Sequence record: SRR20825010_2222
DNA length: 64,000 nt
Direction: 5' to 3' (one strand)
Shown: one piece after another, positions 1-9,340 of the stretch
How the letters are laid out: the number at the start of each line of letters is the position of its first letter
How positions within the stretch are numbered: position 1 is the first letter of the stretch
Position numbers and translations under genes: made by a program
The notes under the pieces: model-generated
Databases searched by the model: none
Told to the model about the DNA's origin: nothing
What the model saw: the letters and a program-made list of their open reading frames with translations, nothing else

Positions 1-60
1 AAATAAAATACATATCGAACTCACGTTAAATAGGAATTGCAAATAGCATTCACAAAAATG

Positions 61-88
61 GAAAAAGCCACTTAACAGTGGCTTTTTC
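61..88. terminator. Bidirectional intrinsic terminator
   Basis: GAAAAAGCCAC-ttaaca-GTGGCTTTTTC hairpin, downstream of osmC. Confidence 0.8.
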
Positions 89-143
89 TTATTATTATAG
101 GCCCTAAGGGTTTAACCTATAGGGGCCATAACTACGTATATCC

Positions 144-563
144 TTAGCCTTGTAGGCTCACCTCCAAAACTATATTTGTTTTCAACAATTTGGAAATGGG
201 ACAAATTTCTTTGGCTTTTTGGGCTATTTCCTTAAACTGTTCCAATTTGATCCCCGGTACCGTACCGCTCAGACTTAAAGTAATCTGCGTTATACTCCCA
301 TCCTCAAAGTTTACCTTGGCAGCTGTATCCAAATTGGTAGGAGTAAAACCTGCCTCCCCCAATAAAAAGCTGAGCTGCATGGTAAAGCATCCTGCATGGG
401 CCGCTCCCACCAATTCTTCAGGATTGGTACCCTTACCATCTTCGAACCGTGACTTAAAGGAATATTGGGTATCCTTTAAGATGGTACTTTCCGTACTCAA
501 GGTACCCTTGCCATCCTTTCCGCTACCTTTCCAGTTTGCACTTGCTTTTCTAGTGAATTTCAT
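144..563 (-). CDS. osmC: OsmC family peroxiredoxin
   Basis: GTNPEEL..AAHAGCF and C-terminal CPIS motifs (two Cys). Confidence 0.92.
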   Translation of the reverse strand: MKFTRKASANWKGSGKDGKGTLSTESTILKDTQYSFKSRFEDGKGTNPEELVGAAHAGCFTMQLSFLLGEAGFTPTNLDTAAKVNFEDGSITQITLSLSGTVPGIKLEQFKEIAQKAKEICPISKLLKTNIVLEVSLQG

Positions 564-904
564 ACCTATTAATTTTAAGTTATTACAATCTATTATTTAA
601 CGCTTCGATCCATGTTGACCTAGCTTATCCATCACAATTCCTTTTTGTAAGGGAATTTGGAAATCCTATTTAATATATATGTGATGAATAATTAAGCACA
701 CCAACCTCTAAGATATTAAATAGGTAATAATAATCCATTAAAATTCACACAATTCCTGCAAATCCACATTCATTTCACACAATCTGAAGTTTTATTAAAA
801 AAAGTATATAAAATTAAAATTAATATAACCAACTGATTGTCAATTAAATACATTCTAAATCCTTGTGAAATTCAAAGCAACAATGTTAAATATTGCTTAA
901 AACG

Positions 905-951
905 GTACTATTTTATACATAGTACTGTAACAATTCTATCCATCTGTCGTC
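905..951 (+). promoter_or_regulatory. Putative ECF-sigma promoter with adjacent inverted-repeat operator
   Basis: GTACTAT-N7-ATAGTAC (905-925) abuts TGTAAC (926-931)-N16-CGTC (948-951), 41 nt upstream of ATG 993. Confidence 0.55.
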
Positions 952-992
952 TTCTAGTAGTAAATCAATTAATCACTATTAAACTAAATATC

Positions 993-1079
993 ATGGAAAC
1001 TCTAAACAAACATCTGGTAAAACAAACAATTGAATCTTCAAAAAGTAGAATTTGGAATAGTAAGAGAAGATACAATTAG
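993..1079 (+). CDS. 28-aa basic micropeptide 1 (METLNKHLVKQTIESSKSRIWNSKRRYN)
   Basis: A-rich leader before the ATG; paralog at 1142-1228 with 21/28 identity and synonymous divergence. Confidence 0.75.
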   Translation: METLNKHLVKQTIESSKSRIWNSKRRYN

Positions 1080-1141
1080 CAGTCCAAAATCAATCAAAAA
1101 AAACAAAAACTGAATTTAAACATTAATTAAAAATCAACATC

Positions 1142-1228
1142 ATGGAAACAGTTAACAAACATTTCGTAAAGCAAACAATTGAAAACTCTAAAAGCAACAT
1201 TTGGAACACCAAGAGGCGTTTCAGGTAA
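1142..1228 (+). CDS. 28-aa basic micropeptide 2 (METVNKHFVKQTIENSKSNIWNTKRRFR)
   Basis: Translated by hand, absent from the ORF track; same length and motif as peptide 1. Confidence 0.75.
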   Translation: METVNKHFVKQTIENSKSNIWNTKRRFR

Positions 1229-1251
1229 TAAAAAAACTTAAAACAGTAAAC

Positions 1252-1383
1252 ATGAAATCATTCATTCACAAATCACAATCAGAATCAACAAATTTTCAGT
1301 TGACCGGGGAAAGTATTCTAATGGTAAATTTTAAAAGTATCAAGAAAAACCGTTGGGCCGAGCGCAGAATCTATTTAAATTAA
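1252..1383 (+). CDS. 43-aa basic micropeptide 3 (MKSFIHKSQ...KKNRWAERRIYLN)
   Basis: A-rich leader; C-terminal K-x3-W-x2-R-R-x-Y resembles peptides 1 and 2; followed by a terminator. Confidence 0.6.
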   Translation: MKSFIHKSQSESTNFQLTGESILMVNFKSIKKNRWAERRIYLN

Positions 1384-1417
1384 TTCCCGTTATTTATTCG
1401 GAAAAGGTTCTATAATT

Positions 1418-1452
1418 AAAAGCAGTTGAAGTGGTATCACCTGCTTTTTTTT
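1418..1452 (+). terminator. Intrinsic terminator after the micropeptide cluster
   Basis: AAAAGCAG..CTGCTTTTTTTT stem with U-tract. Confidence 0.7.
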
Positions 1453-1516
1453 ATGTTGTGGCATTCTTACCTATCCCCTATTCCACAGAAAAGGATTATA
1501 AAATTTTAATGGTCCC

Positions 1517-2455
1517 CTAATCCTCTTTTGGGGAATACCGACTTGAAAATCTAGAAAACAAAACCAATTTTTTTCTGGTATTGATGAAATAGACACCAGT
1601 TAGAAGCACAATAGCCGCAATTGTGGACTGAGTGGTTATCTGTTCATCCAAGAAAAACCAGCCCAGCAAAAGCGCTATAATAGGGTTTACATAGGTGGAA
1701 GTAGCTACCTTTTCCGGAGAAACCACTTTTAATAAATAGTTAAATGCCGTAAAAGCAACAATACTGCCAAGAACGATTAGGAACAGCATAGCGTATTGAA
1801 CCGGACTGCTCCAAGTAGTTGGAAGGGTCCAGGTTTCCCCAATAAGCAGACTTCCTACCATTAGTATGATTCCCGCTGTAAACATTTGAAATCCTGTATT
1901 GACAAAATAATTCTTGGGCAGGTCCGCCTTGGCAACAAACAAACTGCCATATGCCCAACTAACCATACAGAAAAATATCATGACCATCCCTAAGACGGAG
2001 TTCTCCTGACTTATAACTTGATTTTGACTTACCAATAAATAGATTCCCAATATGCCGATAATAACCCCAACAACGGACATGGTCTGAATCTTTTTCCCTT
2101 CTAGAATTCGCATTAACAATAAAATTACCAAGGGTTGTGCCGCTATTTCCAAAGCAGCAAAACCACTGTCTACGTATTTAAGTGCCCATACAACAAATCC
2201 GTTTCCAAAAGCTAGGAATAGAAATCCAGCAACAATGGAATTCAGTAGTTGTTTTTTAGTTATGGTCAGGGGAATGCCCATGATCTTACACAGTATAAAA
2301 ATTAAAATTCCAGCGACCGAAAAGCGTACAGAAGCCAACATAAATGGAGGTAGTTCATGTACAGCAATCTTGTTCATCAGATAAGTAGATCCCCAAATGA
2401 CGTATATGGCAAAAAAAGCGAGTACTATTAGAAGTGCATTCTGGGATTTGGACAT
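1517..2455 (-). CDS. EamA/DMT family transporter
   Basis: About 10 hydrophobic helices, IWGSTY and YVNPIIA motifs; ATG 2455 preferred over 2482. Confidence 0.88.
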   Translation of the reverse strand: MSKSQNALLIVLAFFAIYVIWGSTYLMNKIAVHELPPFMLASVRFSVAGILIFILCKIMGIPLTITKKQLLNSIVAGFLFLAFGNGFVVWALKYVDSGFAALEIAAQPLVILLLMRILEGKKIQTMSVVGVIIGILGIYLLVSQNQVISQENSVLGMVMIFFCMVSWAYGSLFVAKADLPKNYFVNTGFQMFTAGIILMVGSLLIGETWTLPTTWSSPVQYAMLFLIVLGSIVAFTAFNYLLKVVSPEKVATSTYVNPIIALLLGWFFLDEQITTQSTIAAIVLLTGVYFINTRKKLVLFSRFSSRYSPKED

Positions 2456-2664
2456 AAAAATAACTTTTCCAATGAACCACAAAAGTAAGTATAACTTTTA
2501 TTAAATATGCCCATCCTAGAAGCCATGTTATTTTTAATAATCAACGAAGCATTTTACCTTATTCCCAGATTACGAGCTTCATAGATAAACCCTTATATAC
2601 TTAGCTCAACATACGGCAACGGCAAAGCATTCCTCTAAAAATTTCCATACAATTTATCCAGAGC

Positions 2665-4359
2665 TTACCAGCTACCGCCTCCGCCACCACCAAATCCCCC
2701 ACCAGAGGAACCTCCACCAGAACTTCCGCTACTGGAAGGGGAACTCACCATATTGGATTTGGTACTGGCCATGGCGTTGGAAAAAGATTTGGAAAACTGA
2801 TTCATGGTAAGGCTGCTACTGGAAGTAGACGTGTACCAGTCCGGGGGCGGTATATTTAGGTCTCGAAACTTTTTGGCCCATTGATCAAACAAACCAAAGG
2901 CAAGTGCATATCCCAGGGTATTTTCAAAATAATGAGGGTCATCCTTTAAAAGCATTTTTAATCTGTTTTCTTCAGCTACCTTGATAAATCTTTTAAATCC
3001 CATTAATTCTGACAGCAACTCATTGCCCTTCTCATTCTTTTTGACCATAAATCGATTGACAAAAATCAGTATGACACAAAAACCTACTATTGCCACTGCC
3101 GCCAAAGGGCCCCAAATGAACAAGCCCACCATGGTAAGTCCAATGGCCAAAGCAATCAAGGCTACATACATAATACCCTGCATTTTTTTCGACTCCGCTT
3201 CGTAATAGGGTTGCGCACTTTCCTTTAACTGGCTACGTGCCTTGATCATTTTGGTATAAAAGGTATCCTTTAAACTACTCACCAGCACTTCGGTACCAAC
3301 AACATTGTTGTTGTCACCGAACAGCCCCCTGAATATTTCCAATTCATAGGAGGGAGAATCCGGTGGCAAAGACTGAAGTCGTATGATTCTAGTGTCCTTT
3401 GATCCAAAAAGACCTTTTTTGGGAATTTCTTCAAGTCTTATCAATCCTTTTGAGCCCCAATAAGGTATTAAGGCTATTAAGTCGGAATTGTCATCCTTAT
3501 CGTTGATCAAAAAACCCACCATGGCCGGATCTAAACTGTCCGGCGGATAATAACTGGTGGCGGCAATGACACGTTTGTCCTTGCCAAATTTCCACCATAC
3601 CCTGAAAAATGCAAAAAGCATTATCCCAATGAGGAATACCCAACCATAGCTATCCCAAAAAGGCCAGAAAGGTTTCTCTTCCTTAACCGATCCCAAGGGA
3701 AGATTGATCAATACTGTAACACTTTGTCCGGGATGGGATACAAAGCCAGCCTTGCTTGTTCCCGAGAATTCATTATCTGTATAATATAATTGCATGGCAG
3801 AAGTTATAGAGGAAGTGCCCCTATCCCCAGTGTAAACAAAGCTATTTTCCTTGCTGGGATATACATTGTCCGGAAGTCTAATGGTAAAACTGACCTGATG
3901 AAAATCGGCCAACCAATCCTCCGGTTTAATGTTCCAATAAAACCTGATTTGCGAATCCTCAAAAAGAAAGGCATTATGAACCCTGTATTTTATTTCGTAA
4001 TTCTGGGGACCCACCAGGGTAATATCCTTATCCCCAATTTTGATTTCCAATTGGTCCTGCATCTTTTGTACAAAATCGAACGGAGCTTCAAATTTGTAAT
4101 CTGGAACCTTTATCTTACTAATCCTGATCTTTCGTGTAGATTCGTTACCCTTGGAATCGATTAGGTCATATTTTGTTTGAATAGTCCTATAAATACCGTG
4201 TTTGGGGATTTCAAAGTTAAGATCGTAGTTTTCCACTACGTCAAAATAACCTTCTTCATGAACCGTAATGTCGACAGTGTAATTTTTAACCGTAAAATCC
4301 TGGGCCAATCCCGTATTTATGGCCAAAAGAACCAAAAGTAAGTAATAGGTATTTTTCAT
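2665..4359 (-). CDS. DUF2207 family membrane protein
   Basis: Signal peptide, HGIYRTI motif, TM helices, GGGFGGGGGGSW tail; coupled to lemA. Confidence 0.85.
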   Translation of the reverse strand: MKNTYYLLLVLLAINTGLAQDFTVKNYTVDITVHEEGYFDVVENYDLNFEIPKHGIYRTIQTKYDLIDSKGNESTRKIRISKIKVPDYKFEAPFDFVQKMQDQLEIKIGDKDITLVGPQNYEIKYRVHNAFLFEDSQIRFYWNIKPEDWLADFHQVSFTIRLPDNVYPSKENSFVYTGDRGTSSITSAMQLYYTDNEFSGTSKAGFVSHPGQSVTVLINLPLGSVKEEKPFWPFWDSYGWVFLIGIMLFAFFRVWWKFGKDKRVIAATSYYPPDSLDPAMVGFLINDKDDNSDLIALIPYWGSKGLIRLEEIPKKGLFGSKDTRIIRLQSLPPDSPSYELEIFRGLFGDNNNVVGTEVLVSSLKDTFYTKMIKARSQLKESAQPYYEAESKKMQGIMYVALIALAIGLTMVGLFIWGPLAAVAIVGFCVILIFVNRFMVKKNEKGNELLSELMGFKRFIKVAEENRLKMLLKDDPHYFENTLGYALAFGLFDQWAKKFRDLNIPPPDWYTSTSSSSLTMNQFSKSFSNAMASTKSNMVSSPSSSGSSGGGSSGGGFGGGGGGSW

Positions 4360-4919
4360 TAAGAGAAATCTACTTTTACATTCGCCCTACTTGCCTCCTC
4401 TGCTTCAAAATAATCGAAATGTTGATATTTAAATAAACTGGCTACAAGCACCCCTGGTACGCTTTCCCCATAAGTGTTGTTTTCTCTCACAGAACCATTA
4501 TAGTACCTTCTGGCACGTTCAAGATTTTCTTCAATTTCATTTAACTTTTGTTGCAGATCCAAATAATTGGTGTTGGCCTTAAGATCTGGATAGGCTTCCC
4601 CCAAAGCAAAGATACTTCTCAAACTTTGTTGAAGCTGGTTTTCTGCCTTTATCTGGGCATTGATATCACCAGAAGGGACCGCCATAGCCGCATTACGGGC
4701 GTTTATCACAGCCTCTAAGGTAGATTTTTCATGTTTGGCATATCCTTTTACGGTCTCTACTAAATTCGGTATAAGATCGTACCTTCTTTTTAGGGCCACA
4801 TCTATATTGCTCCAAGCATCCTTGACAAGATTTCTAAGTGTGGCAAAGCGATTGAAAACATTTACTAAGAACAAGGCAATCAAAGCAAGGATTCCCAAAA
4901 AAATAATTAGCGTAATCAT
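4359..4919 (-). CDS. lemA: LemA family protein
   Basis: N-terminal TM, AWSNIDVALKRRYDLIPNLV and EAYPDLKAN motifs. Confidence 0.93.
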   Translation of the reverse strand: MITLIIFLGILALIALFLVNVFNRFATLRNLVKDAWSNIDVALKRRYDLIPNLVETVKGYAKHEKSTLEAVINARNAAMAVPSGDINAQIKAENQLQQSLRSIFALGEAYPDLKANTNYLDLQQKLNEIEENLERARRYYNGSVRENNTYGESVPGVLVASLFKYQHFDYFEAEEASRANVKVDFS

Positions 4920-5152
4920 GGTTCTGTGTTTTAGTTGTTCTAATTATGGCTTTACTAAGTTACTTTATTTTTTTGTTGAAACAGCAGGCCTTTTATCAAA
5001 TTAAGGTTCAGCTTAAAAAATTTAATTGGAAACCTTAACTGTTTATAAAAGGCGTTTCACCCGAAATAATATCAAGACAAATGAATTACTTAACATAGAT
5101 CAATGTGCATATGCCAAATGAGTCCTAATTTTGGGCAAACAAAAAAGATATC

Positions 5153-5869
5153 ATGAAAACTATACTACATACAGCAGAGAGCAGAGGACATGCCGATCAC
5201 GGTTGGCTAAATTCCTACCACAGCTTTAGTTTTGCCAATTATCACAACCCGGAACGAATGAATTTTGGAGTTCTGAGGGTGCTAAACGACGATACCGTCT
5301 CTGGAGGGCAGGGCTTCGGTCAACATCCGCACAAGAACATGGAAATCATTTCCATTCCCTTGAAAGGAGATTTGGAACACAAGGACAGTATGGGAAATAC
5401 CACCGTTATCAAAGAAGGTGATGTACAGGTGATGAGTGCTGGAACCGGTGTTTTTCACAGCGAGTATAACAAAAACAAAAATGAAGAGGTTAAATTTCTG
5501 CAGATTTGGGTATTTCCAAAAACACAAAATGTAACTCCTAGATATGACCAAATTTCTACCCGTAATCTGGCTACTAAAAATTCCCTCTACCAAATCCTTT
5601 CTCCCGAAAAAACGGAGCAGGGAGTTTGGATACATCAGGATGCTTGGTTTTCCTTGGGTGATTTTGAAACAGAAAATACTTCAACTTATACTTTAAATAA
5701 GGCCGGTAATGGTCTATATATATTTGTTCTGGAAGGCGAGGTTGCCATTGGAGATCAAGCCTTAAAAAGACGAGACGGAATGGGGATATGGGATACCGAC
5801 CAAATTGAGCTTACTGCAACAGCACCCAGCAAAGTACTATTAATGGAAGTTCCAATGGCACAAATTTAA
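5153..5869 (+). CDS. Pirin family protein (YhhW-like)
   Basis: HPH..MEI and HKDSMGN cupin metal motifs; TAATTTTG -7 element upstream. Confidence 0.92.
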   Translation: MKTILHTAESRGHADHGWLNSYHSFSFANYHNPERMNFGVLRVLNDDTVSGGQGFGQHPHKNMEIISIPLKGDLEHKDSMGNTTVIKEGDVQVMSAGTGVFHSEYNKNKNEEVKFLQIWVFPKTQNVTPRYDQISTRNLATKNSLYQILSPEKTEQGVWIHQDAWFSLGDFETENTSTYTLNKAGNGLYIFVLEGEVAIGDQALKRRDGMGIWDTDQIELTATAPSKVLLMEVPMAQI

Positions 5870-6004
5870 AAAACCATTAACCAAACCATTGTATTCTCCT
5901 TTTGCCGAGGTGGTAGGTGGTTTATCGAGTTTAGTATGCACACAGGACTATATATCCCATATTTTCCCTAAATTAATGGTGCTTTTTTGCATAAAATATG
6001 TGTT

Positions 6005-7477
6005 TTGAAAAAAATTGAACTCCTGTTCACCGCAATCATTTTATTTCCCCTTACCTTTTCATGCTCCAAAGAAAGCAAGGAGGATCTTATAGACATTGTG
6101 GTCAATGAAAAACCTACCGATCAACCGGGCGAAGAGCCTGAAGTGGAAGAACCCTTGGTAGAAAGCAGTCCAATCCCTGACAATCCTCAAAGAACAGGAA
6201 ACGCCTCGGTAGGATACGAATATTTAATTTCCGGCAACTATATGAGTTCCGGGGTTCCCTATGATGCTTTTTTACTGGGGACCAGCTCAAATCCAGACAA
6301 CCGCCTCAACAGAACTGGGGACAACGCAAACCTGCCGTACGATTATACCGCTATAACCGCCACCAATGGAGCAAAAGTAGTGGCACCCAATTGCATGGCA
6401 TGCCATGCCTCCACCATAAACAATGAATTTATTATTGGCCTGGGGAGCCATGATGCCGATTTTACAATTAACCGGGCAAGTAATATAGCCTTACTGAACT
6501 CCGGTATCAGAGCCTTGTATGGCGGGGAGGAGAGCGCGGAATGGCAGGCATACGACCAATTTAGAAAGAGCATAGTTGCCATTGGCCCTAGGACAATGAC
6601 AGAAACCAGGGGTTCCAATCCTGCAGATAAAATTACACAGGTGTTGATAGCGCATCGGGATAAAAGTACTTTGGTATGGCAGGACACGCCATTGGTGGAC
6701 ATCCCAGAAGAGGTAATCCCGTCCGATGTTCCCGCATGGTGGCTATTAAAGAAAAAGAATGCCATGTTTTACCACGCCATTGGTCGCCTTGATTTTTGCA
6801 AGTCTTTTATCGGCTCCAGCCTGCTGACCTTGGGTGACGCAACAAAGGCTGCTGAAATAGACGCTAAAATGGTAGATGTACTGGCCTATATTCAGAGTTT
6901 GGAAGCTCCGGAATATCCATTTTCCGTAGATCAAGATTTAGCACAACAAGGCAAACAATTATTTGAAAATACCTGCGCAACCTGTCACGGCACCTATGGA
7001 AACAGCCCAACCTACCCTAATTTACTTGTGACTTTAAAGTCCGTTGGGACCGACCCGGAATTATCCGATCATTACACCAAATCCTCCCCCATGAACAATT
7101 ATTTTATGGATTGGTTCAATTCAGGATGGTTCGGTACGCATGGGAATAATTTACAGATAAAGGCAGAAGGCGGATATATTGCCCCGCCCATGGATGGTAT
7201 ATGGGCAACGGCCCCCTACTTCCACAATGGATCCGTGCCTACCTTGGAGGATGTCCTGAACAGCCAGAACAGACCCACAAGATGGAGCAGGTCTTTTGAC
7301 AATACTGATTACGACCAAACTAAAGTAGGCTGGATCTATTCTATCGAACAGACCAAAGTTGATAAAAACACTTACGACACTACTTTAAAGGGATATGGAA
7401 ATTCAGGTCACACCTTTGGCGACCATTTGACAGATTCTGAGAGATCCGCTTTAATAGAATATCTAAAAACACTGTAA
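6005..7477 (+). CDS. Diheme c-type cytochrome lipoprotein, rubber oxygenase (RoxA)-like
   Basis: Lipobox TFSC; CMACH and CATCH heme motifs; PAWW, GIWATAPYFHNGSVP and GNSGH motifs; TTG start at 6005 preferred. Confidence 0.75.
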   Translation: MKKIELLFTAIILFPLTFSCSKESKEDLIDIVVNEKPTDQPGEEPEVEEPLVESSPIPDNPQRTGNASVGYEYLISGNYMSSGVPYDAFLLGTSSNPDNRLNRTGDNANLPYDYTAITATNGAKVVAPNCMACHASTINNEFIIGLGSHDADFTINRASNIALLNSGIRALYGGEESAEWQAYDQFRKSIVAIGPRTMTETRGSNPADKITQVLIAHRDKSTLVWQDTPLVDIPEEVIPSDVPAWWLLKKKNAMFYHAIGRLDFCKSFIGSSLLTLGDATKAAEIDAKMVDVLAYIQSLEAPEYPFSVDQDLAQQGKQLFENTCATCHGTYGNSPTYPNLLVTLKSVGTDPELSDHYTKSSPMNNYFMDWFNSGWFGTHGNNLQIKAEGGYIAPPMDGIWATAPYFHNGSVPTLEDVLNSQNRPTRWSRSFDNTDYDQTKVGWIYSIEQTKVDKNTYDTTLKGYGNSGHTFGDHLTDSERSALIEYLKTL

Positions 7478-7596
7478 TTCAACACTTTACAAGTATTGAA
7501 TTAATTTAAAAAAACAAGCTAATATATACCCCGTAAAGAAAATTTTCTTGGCACTTGCAGTGGTATTTACCACAATCAAATAGACTTAAGGAATTT

Positions 7597-9156
7597 TTAT
7601 TCCTCGGGTGGCCTACCGTGAATATCTTCGTAAATAGTATCGAAGTTTTGACGCAAATGTGTACTTAATTTTTTATGATAGTCATCCGTTAACCACTTCA
7701 GGAAGTTATAGGTACTTTTGCTAATGCATTTGGCATAACGCTGAATTCTGTCATCAATATCCGGACCCAACATTTTTGAGAGTGCCAGGGCATCATATAC
7801 ATCCTCACTGTTTTCCACACATATTCTGGCATGTTGGGCTATAGAACGCTCCAATACCACCTTGGATGTTTCCCCATTTTTAATGGAATCCACATAAGTT
7901 TCCTTGATGTCGAAATACACCTCCTCGGAATTGGCAAATTCTGCCCGCAATTCTTCTGGCATCTCCCATTTAAAATTGCTCTCCAGCTCTTCATCACTCA
8001 AAAGCCTATCAGCATAAAAATTTGGTGATTTAAAAATGGTCTGCCAGTCCAAATCTGCCCCCCAGGGACCAAAGCGATGGAAATTGTTCCCTAGGTCAAT
8101 TACTGAAAAGGTAGATTTATTGTTCAAAATCCTGGAACCACGACCTATCATCTGATAATACAAGGTCAAGGATTTAGTTGCACGGTTCAATATTATCGTG
8201 TCTATGGTAGGTTCATCAAATCCGGTGGTCAAAATACTTACGGACGTCAAAATAGCATTAGGCGTCATGTTAAACCATTTTAAGATGGTCTTACGCTGCT
8301 TCTTGGTAGCAGTATTGTCCAAATGGGCTATTGGATAGCCTGCAGCCCTAAAAGTCTCATAAACGTGTAGGGAAGTATTAATACCATTATTAAAAATCAA
8401 GGTCTTCTTACCTTTGGAGTGTTTTTCATAAGCCTCCAAAAGCTTACTGAGCATCTGGCTATTATTATAAAGATCCTCAGACGATTTTACAGTATAATCC
8501 CCATTGGACCCTACTTCCAAAGAAGTTAGTCCCATATTGTAGGAATAGAATTCCGCCCGTGCCAAAAACTCATTCTCAATAAGGGATTCTATTGTTTCCC
8601 CTACAATCAATTCATCATAATTGTCTTTCATGGGCAAGTCCTTGTTGGAACTCAAGGGGGTAGCCGTAACTCCCAAAACAAATGATTTCTCAAAAAACTT
8701 GAACAGTTTGGTAAAGGAATTATAATGTGCCTCATCAATAATTACCAAGCCAACATCGGAAATATCCAATTTATCGTCCTGTAGCCTGTTGTTCAATGTC
8801 TCCACCATGGCCACAAAACAACTGTATTCCTCCTGATCGTCCAGATTGGCCTTACTATCCACAACTTTATTGGTTACCCCAAAACTGGTGAGCATGGTAG
8901 AAGTTTGTTTGCAAAGCTCTATACGGTGGGTCATGATCAGCACCTTCTTATTGTGGTGCTTGAGATATTGCCTTACGATTTCGGAAAAAATAACGGTTTT
9001 ACCACCACCTGTAGGCAATTGATACAAAAGATGATAATCATCAGGCGCTGTTTCAAATTTATCAAAAATCTGGTCTATAGCTCCTTTTTGATAGCTGTAT
9101 AGCTCCTTATCCGTTTTTCTTTCTACAATGGCATTGGCAATCAAAGTCTCCGACAT
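7597..9156 (-). CDS. SF2 DEAH-box helicase (ResIII/IRC3-like)
   Basis: PTGGGKT, DEAH, TAT and QMIGRG motifs. Confidence 0.88.
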   Translation of the reverse strand: MSETLIANAIVERKTDKELYSYQKGAIDQIFDKFETAPDDYHLLYQLPTGGGKTVIFSEIVRQYLKHHNKKVLIMTHRIELCKQTSTMLTSFGVTNKVVDSKANLDDQEEYSCFVAMVETLNNRLQDDKLDISDVGLVIIDEAHYNSFTKLFKFFEKSFVLGVTATPLSSNKDLPMKDNYDELIVGETIESLIENEFLARAEFYSYNMGLTSLEVGSNGDYTVKSSEDLYNNSQMLSKLLEAYEKHSKGKKTLIFNNGINTSLHVYETFRAAGYPIAHLDNTATKKQRKTILKWFNMTPNAILTSVSILTTGFDEPTIDTIILNRATKSLTLYYQMIGRGSRILNNKSTFSVIDLGNNFHRFGPWGADLDWQTIFKSPNFYADRLLSDEELESNFKWEMPEELRAEFANSEEVYFDIKETYVDSIKNGETSKVVLERSIAQHARICVENSEDVYDALALSKMLGPDIDDRIQRYAKCISKSTYNFLKWLTDDYHKKLSTHLRQNFDTIYEDIHGRPPEE

Positions 9157-9340
9157 AATCTCTTTTTTGGATTGCAAAACTAAGCCCTTTGTTGGGTGTT
9201 TGACGAATATTTACAGAAAATTTATGGATTATTTTTTTTTGAATATCGATGTCAGGCCAATTAGAGCCCATATTGGGACACAATAAACGGTAGCTTAAAT
9301 ATAAAATCGGGCCGCAACATAACTTGATGACCCAATCCTT

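Noticed and set aside
837-992. N-terminal extension of ORF 837-1079 (80 aa), and likewise the TTG-started ORF 1201-1383
   Set aside because: The extensions run through the promoter or through peptide 2; paralogy and leader context point to ATG 993 and ATG 1252
993-1383. Micropeptides as RiPP precursors or type I toxins
   Set aside because: No modifying enzyme, peptidase or ABC exporter is adjacent, and there is no GG leader or hydrophobic helix; trans-acting enzymes cannot be excluded
2665-2740. Gly/Ser low-complexity repeat
   Set aside because: Normal C-terminal tail of DUF2207 proteins
5870-5925. AACCATT repeats and a possible hairpin after pirin
   Set aside because: Imperfect, no recognisable RNA family; at most a 3' stabilising stem
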